Virus record (IMG/VR): IMGVR_UViG_3300040801_005525
Span: 18,838-82,837 of that record
Length of the DNA stretch: 64,000 nucleotides
Strand: one strand, 5' to 3'
DNA from: a virus
Positions 57,906 through 64,000 of the stretch are shown piece after piece (positions within the stretch are counted from its first letter, which is position 1; the number at the start of each line of letters is the position of its first letter). The translations under genes were made by a program, and so were the position numbers. The notes beneath the pieces are model-generated. The model saw only the letters and a program-made list of their open reading frames with translations. It made no database searches and was not told the DNA's origin.

Positions 57906-59441
57906 TCACATCCAATCGTTGTCATCCTGCACCACGTTGAGGTGCAGCACGTGTTTTCCTTGTTCATTTTGCTGAACACGGTCAGCGCGAAAGTCTGAGC
58001 CATAGCGCCCATCGAGGTCTGCGATCTTGCCGGTCTTGCCATCGAAGAAGAGCTTCGTGGTGCCGATGGCGCCTTCTCGATACTTGCGGGTGATGATCTC
58101 CATCACGCCCACGTCCTCGGTGTTCGGGTCATACACCTCATCACGGTAGATGAAGCTGATGATGTCGCCATCCTGCTCGAGCTGACCGGCTGCTTTCAGG
58201 TCAGACATCCAGGGGCGCTTGTCGGTGCGATCCTCACACTTCCTGTTGGGCTGGGCGAGCGCCGTGATGTTGCACTCGAACTCGCCAGCGAGCTCTTTCA
58301 AGGTGCGTGAGGTGTTCGCCACGAGGTCCACATCAGAGGCATTCGGCATGGCCCTGTTGCGCACGATCTGGGCGTAGTCGATGAACACGACATCGAGCCC
58401 TCCTGGCATCTCGGCCACCTTCCGGATCTGACGTCGAATCCTTGAGATGTCACACCCCGGAGCATAGTCGATGGCGACCTGAGCCTCGATGAGCTTGCCT
58501 GTCTCGTGCACGAACTTCGTCCACTGTTGCCTGCTCACGCTCTTGTTTTTGAGCGCGCTCCTCGAGAGTCCCGAACGTGAGTAGAGGATGCGCTGATACC
58601 ACTGCGACGGCTTCATCTCGAGCGAGAAGATGAGCACGCGCTTGCCCTGATCGAGCGCGAGGTTTGCCGCAAGCGTACCCGCGAGCGCGCTCTTTCCCAT
58701 CGAAGGTCTCCCACCAAGGTAGATGAGCTCGGTGGGCACGAACATGCCGTCATCAAAGAACTCATCGAGCGTCTTGATGCCTGTCGGCAAGCCTCGCATG
58801 ATGTGGGTCTGCTCACCCTTGTAGGTCGCTTCAGTGTCCTCGAACACGATCTTTGCGCCCTGCTTCCCCCAGCACAACTCCTCCTTGCCGTCATGCTCGG
58901 CGAGCAGCTCGACGAGCTTCCCCACGAGTTCCACAAAGCCCGGGTAGTCGTTCAAGTTGTCTGCGGCCTTCTGGATCAGACGCCTCGCCGCTTTGATGAA
59001 TTGCCAGAGCTTGGCTTTGCGTGAGATGATCGTGGCGTAGTAGCTGACATTCGTGGCGCTGGGAATCTCCGAGGAGAGGCGCGCCAGATAGTTTGGCCCA
59101 CCCACCGCATCAGAGAGCCCGTCAGCCTTGAGGTGATCGTGGACCGTGATGACGTCGATGGCTTCCTGCTTGTGGTAGAGTTCGAGCATCGCCCGGTAGA
59201 TGTGGCGATGACTCTCACGGTAGAACATCGTGGGGTCGAGCTCGCTCTCACAATACTCCATGACCGTATTATCAAGGAAAATCGCGCCGAGCGCGCTGCG
59301 CTCGGCCTCCTCGTTGTGGGGAGGGATGATGAGCTCGCCATCCCCGAGCGCCTGCTCGAGCGAGGCGATTTTCTTCTTGGCCTGCTCGAGGTCTTTCAAG
59401 ACGTGCTCGAGCTTGGGCTGGGGTGTCGCAGTCTGGTTCAT
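57906..59441 (-). CDS. dnaB: Replicative DNA helicase DnaB (intact)
   Basis: PPHNEEAERSALGA N-domain; GRPSMGKS, FSLEM, IDYAQ, AQPNR, RPWMSDL, EQDGD, KYREG. Confidence 0.95.
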   Translation of the reverse strand: MNQTATPQPKLEHVLKDLEQAKKKIASLEQALGDGELIIPPHNEEAERSALGAIFLDNTVMEYCESELDPTMFYRESHRHIYRAMLELYHKQEAIDVITVHDHLKADGLSDAVGGPNYLARLSSEIPSATNVSYYATIISRKAKLWQFIKAARRLIQKAADNLNDYPGFVELVGKLVELLAEHDGKEELCWGKQGAKIVFEDTEATYKGEQTHIMRGLPTGIKTLDEFFDDGMFVPTELIYLGGRPSMGKSALAGTLAANLALDQGKRVLIFSLEMKPSQWYQRILYSRSGLSRSALKNKSVSRQQWTKFVHETGKLIEAQVAIDYAPGCDISRIRRQIRKVAEMPGGLDVVFIDYAQIVRNRAMPNASDVDLVANTSRTLKELAGEFECNITALAQPNRKCEDRTDKRPWMSDLKAAGQLEQDGDIISFIYRDEVYDPNTEDVGVMEIITRKYREGAIGTTKLFFDGKTGKIADLDGRYGSDFRADRVQQNEQGKHVLHLNVVQDDNDWM

Positions 59442-60247
59442 GACTTCCCTCCTGGCACGAGTTCGAGGCGCCATGCACGGGCGAGCCTGATGTCTTGATC
59501 TGGCTTTGCTGCCATCTCTCCACGAATACGGTCGTGATACTGCCCATCAATGGCGAAGTGTCCAGCCTGCTTCAGGTCACCAAAGGACGCGTTCGACACG
59601 ATCATCACGCTCACCCCGAGGTCATAGAGTTCGGCGAGCAGCCCCCGCCAGCGCGACTTGGCCCACTCGGGCTGCTCGCCCCGCCCCATCTCGTCGATGC
59701 ACACCAGGTGGTGGCGCTTGATGTCCTGTTCGAACGCGTCGGCATCCTTTGACCCGAGGACCCTCATGGCCTGAGGTTCGGTGATGTACATCATCCTCGG
59801 CGCGCCGAGGTGGGGCACCTCATGAGCGCTGTTTCGTTTGATGTGAGCTCTGGCAATGAGCTCGATGCACTTGAGCATCGCCATGGTCTTGCCTGTGCCG
59901 TAGTCGCCCTGGATCCATGTGATGCGTGGCGGGTCCTCGCTGCCAAAAGCCTTGGCGTACGCGTAGGCCATGTGCTCAGGCTTGAACGGAATGCCACGCA
60001 TCTTGGCGAGCAGTTTCGCAGGCGCTTTGCTCTGTGCGAGCACGTGGGCAAGGCTTGCGTTGCAGCGCTCGACGCGCTTTGCGGCAAGAAAACCCGTCTC
60101 GCATGGCTCACATGACCCGAACACATACCATCCTCCTGTCAGCGGATCAGGCATCGGCTCGATGTACTCACGCTCACACACAGGACAGAGCTGTGGTGCA
60201 GGCTTGGGCTGGAGTTTGGGGAGGATGTCTTGCTTGTCTTCAATCAC
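59438..60247 (-). CDS. DnaC/IstB-like AAA+ helicase loader
   Basis: Zn-binding CxxC pairs; GDYGTGKT; CIDEMG; IVSN; DRI. Confidence 0.85.
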   Translation of the reverse strand: MIEDKQDILPKLQPKPAPQLCPVCEREYIEPMPDPLTGGWYVFGSCEPCETGFLAAKRVERCNASLAHVLAQSKAPAKLLAKMRGIPFKPEHMAYAYAKAFGSEDPPRITWIQGDYGTGKTMAMLKCIELIARAHIKRNSAHEVPHLGAPRMMYITEPQAMRVLGSKDADAFEQDIKRHHLVCIDEMGRGEQPEWAKSRWRGLLAELYDLGVSVMIVSNASFGDLKQAGHFAIDGQYHDRIRGEMAAKPDQDIRLARAWRLELVPGGKS

Positions 60248-61560
60248 TGCACACCCCCTTTGAGCGCTTCGATGCGCGCGAGCACAGCCTCCCGAGCCTC
60301 GAGCCAACGTGCATTGATGGCATATGGCTCAAGCCAATCCCACGCCTCATCATTGTCCTTGAAGCCTGCTTCACCAAGCAATTCATGGACCTCATACCGC
60401 AGGTGCGAGCCGCCCTCGATGGCCTCGATGGTGACGTCTGCGGCATCGAGGCAGCGCTTGGGCGCGGATGATGGTGTGACGCTCACCTTGTTCCAGCTCG
60501 CCGGGTTCGCCAGCCGCTTCTTGGCGTAGTTGAACAAATGACGGGTGGCACGCTCCCGACAGGTCGCGATCTGCTCCTCGACCTGCGCGAAGAACGCCTC
60601 CTCCCCGAGCAGCGCCACGATGGATGCGATGCCTTGCTCGAACTCCTCGAGGTCTTTGCATGTCTGGCTCCTCAGCACACACCCGTGCCAGGCGAGCAGC
60701 GCCAACGCGTAGCGTGCAGGGTGTCCAATCGCTTCGATGCGCGCTCTGCACCCAGGCTTGTTCGGTACGATCCAATCAAAGTCCTCTGGGCGCACACTTT
60801 GCTCATCCGGCGCCGCGGCACCTTTCACCGACTCATCCAGGCTCGACGGTGCTGTCGCCTGATACGCGGCCTGGGGGACCACTTCATCGACGTCGATGGT
60901 CCTTCGGTCTTCACGAAGGGTCAGCTCGATGACCTCTGCCTTCATGTCCTCGTGATGAAGCTCGAAAGAAGAATCAGAAGAAAATCCATCCCCACCCCCA
61001 TCAGCACACTCGTCGGGTTTTGCACTCCCCCTCGATTCTGTTGTGGGGGGTAGGGGGGGATTATTGATCTGTTTTACTGATCTGTTTATTGGATCGGTTA
61101 TGTCCGAAACTGAGTTTCGCACTCTCCGAAGCTCAGTTTCAGTCCTCTCCGAAACTGAGCTTCGCACTTCGGAAGGATCAGAGGTGCGAAACTGAGTTTC
61201 GCACTCTCCGAAGCTCAGTTTCGCACCCTCCGAAACTAAGCTTCGGACATGTTCGGGTATGGTGAGTGTGTATTGGTAGCGTTCGCCTGGCATACGTGCC
61301 ACGCGAATCCACCCCTCTTCGATGAGGCGTTTTCTGACTTTGGTGAGGTAGCGGGGGTTGCAGCGTACGGCCTTGGCGAGCTGCTTGTCGGAGGGGTAAC
61401 ATTTTCCTCCGGTCTTCCAGTCTGCCCAAAAATTTATCAGACAGTAGAGCACCGTTGTATCGGTGGTGCTCGATGGCCCGTGGTCACGCACGGCCATCAA
61501 ATAATTGTCTCTGAACATCGTCGTTCCTTCGAGTTTTTCGTTTCTCTTCATGCCCAGCAT
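60244..61560 (-). CDS. Replication initiator (N-terminal winged HTH, lambda O-like layout)
   Basis: CYPSDKQLAKAVRCN..LIEEGWI; internal iterons; upstream of loader and helicase. Confidence 0.85.
   Translation of the reverse strand: MLGMKRNEKLEGTTMFRDNYLMAVRDHGPSSTTDTTVLYCLINFWADWKTGGKCYPSDKQLAKAVRCNPRYLTKVRKRLIEEGWIRVARMPGERYQYTLTIPEHVRSLVSEGAKLSFGECETQFRTSDPSEVRSSVSERTETELRRVRNSVSDITDPINRSVKQINNPPLPPTTESRGSAKPDECADGGGDGFSSDSSFELHHEDMKAEVIELTLREDRRTIDVDEVVPQAAYQATAPSSLDESVKGAAAPDEQSVRPEDFDWIVPNKPGCRARIEAIGHPARYALALLAWHGCVLRSQTCKDLEEFEQGIASIVALLGEEAFFAQVEEQIATCRERATRHLFNYAKKRLANPASWNKVSVTPSSAPKRCLDAADVTIEAIEGGSHLRYEVHELLGEAGFKDNDEAWDWLEPYAINARWLEAREAVLARIEALKGGVQ
61103..61249. repeat. Replication origin iterons
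   Basis: Six copies of quasi-palindromic CGAA(A/G)CTNAG(T/C)TTC(G) at about 22-bp spacing inside the initiator gene; AT-rich tract at 61060-61100. Confidence 0.85.
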
Positions 61561-61658
61561 CTCCTCCACCCGAGTCAACAGGTGGTTTCTACAGGAGGTT
61601 GCTGCGCGCTTCTGGTCTTACCTTAAAGTCAAGTTGCGATTTCTGCAACTTGGAAAGT

Positions 61659-62060
61659 CTAACCATCTTCCTCCTTCGCGTTGGTCCAGTGGTACACATT
61701 GACACCTGCCGACCTGATATGCCGACCTCTGCTCGTCACAGAAATAATTCCAAGTGATTGACATTCCTTGGTTTTTACATCGACGGTCCTCTTTGAAATC
61801 CGTGCCATTGGAGCAAGATTACTTTGCGTGATCGAGGCGAGATCCTCGTCGCCCATCTCCAAAATCAGTGCGATCAGGAATGTGATGGTCGACGCACTGG
61901 TGATTCGCTCATCAGACACAACTTGACCTATGCGCTCCCAGACCTTATTCTTTCCAGGAGCGTTGTTCCAGACGCCGAGTTTTTCAAAGCCGCCGCCTTC
62001 TTCCACAGAGGCGGCGGTCTTGTTTTCTTGGCCAGCAAGATCGTCGGATTCGTGACTCAT
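61659..62060 (-). CDS. Winged-HTH protein (replication or regulatory)
   Basis: ITQSNLAPMARISKRTV..LGIISV; AGGAGG RBS. Confidence 0.7.
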   Translation of the reverse strand: MSHESDDLAGQENKTAASVEEGGGFEKLGVWNNAPGKNKVWERIGQVVSDERITSASTITFLIALILEMGDEDLASITQSNLAPMARISKRTVDVKTKECQSLGIISVTSRGRHIRSAGVNVYHWTNAKEEDG

Positions 62061-62219
62061 CTGACCTCCTTCAAGCCTAAAAACGCCCAAAAACGCTGCC
62101 AAGTAGTTTTTGAAATTTCGTTCAAAAAAATTTTCCGATAGCCGATTTTCCGAGGAAACACTTTTGGTTGGAACGTGACCATCCTCGGTTTTGAAAGTTT
62201 TGATCGTGATACGAGCGTG

Positions 62220-62258
62220 AAAAAGGGCGCCGATCGGGATGATCGGCGCCCTTTTTTG
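62220..62258. terminator. Bidirectional intrinsic terminator downstream of parAB
   Basis: AAAAAGGGCGCCGATC-GGGAT-GATCGGCGCCCTTTTT. Confidence 0.85.
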
Positions 62259-62388
62259 GATCGGTCTGGATCGATGTGGTGCGTGAGTCGTGTGGCTTGC
62301 CGAGATCGGTGCCTCGGATCACCTGGCCGCTCTGGCGCGCGCCTCGCTCGTGCTGTGACGTGTCCCCCATGCCTGTTCATGGGTCGTG

Positions 62389-63474
62389 TCATAGCAGGCC
62401 CTCCATGCTCTTGATGAGCGCGGACAGGCTCTTTGCTTCGACAGGGGTCTCGGCAGGGAGCGGCTTGATGGACCACAACACCCAGAGCTTGCCTTCAGCC
62501 TGGCAGTACTCGCGCGCGGGCACCTTCTGTTGCTCGAAGAGCGCGACCTTGCTCCCGAGCTCCGCGGGGGAGGGGAGCGGCGTGATGACACACTGCCCCT
62601 TCAGGGCAGCCTGTACGGCCTTTCGCCAGGCCGAGTCCGAGGGCTCCCTGAACGCGTTGACGGGCGGGAGAGGAGAGGTCGTCTCGTGCACCTCCTCCTC
62701 CTGTGCCTGTGTGCCAGGTTCGGAGCTCACCGGCGCGTCGAGCGGCACGAGCTGCTCGCCCTGATCGGCGCGCTTGAACACGCCAGTGGGCTGTGCATTG
62801 ACCTCGACCAAAGTGTCAGGCGTCTGAGCATTATGCTCAGATTCCACAGAGGCCGATTTCCTGTTCGACTCTCTGATCCCTGAGACATCGCGTGCCGTCC
62901 CATCCGCGCTCATGACCTTGTCGCGCTCGGGGATGATGTCCTGGTCGACCATCTCGCGGCGCACCTTGCTCACGAAGGTCTGAGACACGCGGCACTTCTG
63001 CGCGATCATGCGGTCAGACCACTTCCTCCACTCCTTGTCGCCAAGCGCCTTCTCCACCACACGGCGCTTATCAGAGCGCGTGCGACGAAGGCCGTGCTTG
63101 TCGTTGACCTGGAAGCTGTAGAGCAGCGCGTCGCGCAGCGTGCCTCGGTGACGCTTGACCTGGAAGTGCGTGATGCCCTTCTTCTTGGCGGCCTTGTAGC
63201 GGTGCCACCCATCCACGAGCCAGATCGTGTCACCCTTCTCGAACACCACGAGCGAGGGCCACTCGTCGCCAGACTGGTCGACGACGATCCCGTCGCTCCT
63301 GACCTTCATGTTCTGGGCGTACTCCTTGACGGCGTTGTCATCCTCGCTGACGCGCGGCTGGAGCTGGCGCTTCAGGGTCACCTCCTCGAGCGCGACCCTG
63401 TCTCGTTTGTCGCGCCCTGCCATCTGACCCACCACCCCGAGGCCCTTGTCACTCTTCTTGCGTGTTGCACCCAT
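62389..63474 (-). CDS. parB: ParB/Srx-domain protein with HTH
   Basis: LQPR..LVDGWHRYKAA..NDKHGLRRTRSDKRR..WSDRMIAQKCRVSQTFVSKVR; downstream of parA. Confidence 0.8.
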   Translation of the reverse strand: MGATRKKSDKGLGVVGQMAGRDKRDRVALEEVTLKRQLQPRVSEDDNAVKEYAQNMKVRSDGIVVDQSGDEWPSLVVFEKGDTIWLVDGWHRYKAAKKKGITHFQVKRHRGTLRDALLYSFQVNDKHGLRRTRSDKRRVVEKALGDKEWRKWSDRMIAQKCRVSQTFVSKVRREMVDQDIIPERDKVMSADGTARDVSGIRESNRKSASVESEHNAQTPDTLVEVNAQPTGVFKRADQGEQLVPLDAPVSSEPGTQAQEEEVHETTSPLPPVNAFREPSDSAWRKAVQAALKGQCVITPLPSPAELGSKVALFEQQKVPAREYCQAEGKLWVLWSIKPLPAETPVEAKSLSALIKSMEGLL

Positions 63475-63481
63475 AATGTCT

Positions 63482-64000
63482 TTAAATCCTTTGCGAAAAC
63501 CATTCGCTGACTGTGCGGTAATCCTGCGCGCCCTTGCTGTCCGGGGCATACTGGTAGATCGGTGTGGCATAGCCCATCGACTCGGCGAACACAATCGAGT
63601 GGTTGATTGGCGGGCTCGTCTGGCCCTCGTACTCGGTGTTCAGGTGTTCGACGACCTGGCTGGCGTGGTTCGTGCGCCCGTGGAGCATCGTCGGCACGAA
63701 CCCGAGCGTGAAGAGGTCGGGGTTCTCATGCTCCCTGACCTCCTCGATGGTCTGAAGCAAGTCATACATGCCGAGCAGCGCGATCGACATGCACTGCACC
63801 GGGATGATCACGGCGTCACTTGCAATCAACACGTTCTGCGTGATCACGCCGAGCTCGGGCGGGGAGTCGATGATGATGTGGTCATACTGCGTGGTGAAGC
63901 CTCGCAGAGTGTCACGCAGGCGTGTGAGCGCCACAGGCCTCTGCGCGAGCTCCGTGGAGACGCGCGCGAGCTGCCTGCCGCCTTCGATCAGGTCCACGCC
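63482..64000 (-). CDS. parA: ParA/Soj-family ATPase, 5'-truncated by the window
   Basis: YDHIIIDSPPELG..IASDAVIIPVQC..FAES..PIYQYAPDSKGAQDY. Confidence 0.92.
   Translation of the reverse strand, partial: GVDLIEGGRQLARVSTELAQRPVALTRLRDTLRGFTTQYDHIIIDSPPELGVITQNVLIASDAVIIPVQCMSIALLGMYDLLQTIEEVREHENPDLFTLGFVPTMLHGRTNHASQVVEHLNTEYEGQTSPPINHSIVFAESMGYATPIYQYAPDSKGAQDYRTVSEWFSQRI

Larger units (their letters stand above)
1..64000. mobile_element. Tailed phage (siphovirus-like, HK97 head), probably a temperate phage-plasmid; window covers part of the genome
   Basis: Complete head, tail and lysis operon plus replication and ParAB genes; no obvious host housekeeping genes; no integrase in the window. 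Confidence 0.93.

Noticed and set aside
38-61007. G-rich dispersed motif as KOPS or a strictly transcription-oriented signal
   Set aside because: Orientation is mixed (opposite copies at 38 and 1339 within one gene) and the motif is longer than GGGNAGGG.
61103-61249. CRISPR-like array of palindromic repeats
   Set aside because: Spacers are only a few bases, there are no cas genes, and the array lies inside an initiator gene; these are iterons.
1-64000. tRNA, rRNA, integrase, transposase
   Set aside because: No recognisable signatures found.

Overview
A GC-rich tailed-phage genome segment: HK97-fold head and a long, probably non-contractile tail. It looks like a temperate phage-plasmid. Left part (1-11.2 kb): small regulatory and accessory genes on both strands, including RHH, DUF4942, an HTH fused to a degenerate DnaB, and an Xre HTH behind a canonical promoter/operator pair. 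From 11.3 to 38.7 kb (minus strand): a complete morphogenesis and lysis operon (TerS, TerL, portal, prohead protease, major capsid, head-tail, tail tube, frameshifting tail chaperone, tape measure, tail tip proteins, CHAP endolysin, many membrane proteins). From 39 to 64 kb (minus strand): early/middle genes (Rnl1-like RNA ligase, DUF4326, RusA, N6-adenine MTase, Orn-like exonuclease, DnaB, DnaC-like loader, HTH initiator with iterons, ParB-like, ParA). No integrase, tRNA or CRISPR array was seen. Most unusual observations: (1) an 806-aa non-structural gene built as a patchwork of degenerate fragments of the phage's own tape measure and prohead protease; (2) an HTH fused to a catalytically degenerate DnaB, alongside an intact DnaB; (3) a ~30-bp A-tract/C-tract/WCWGCAC motif dispersed mostly every 3-7 kb regardless of frame; (4) twin promoters, each preceded by a pair of palindromes, one of which recurs inside parB; (5) a PAS-like domain inside the lysis cassette. 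All family assignments are by eye from motifs; no searches were run.
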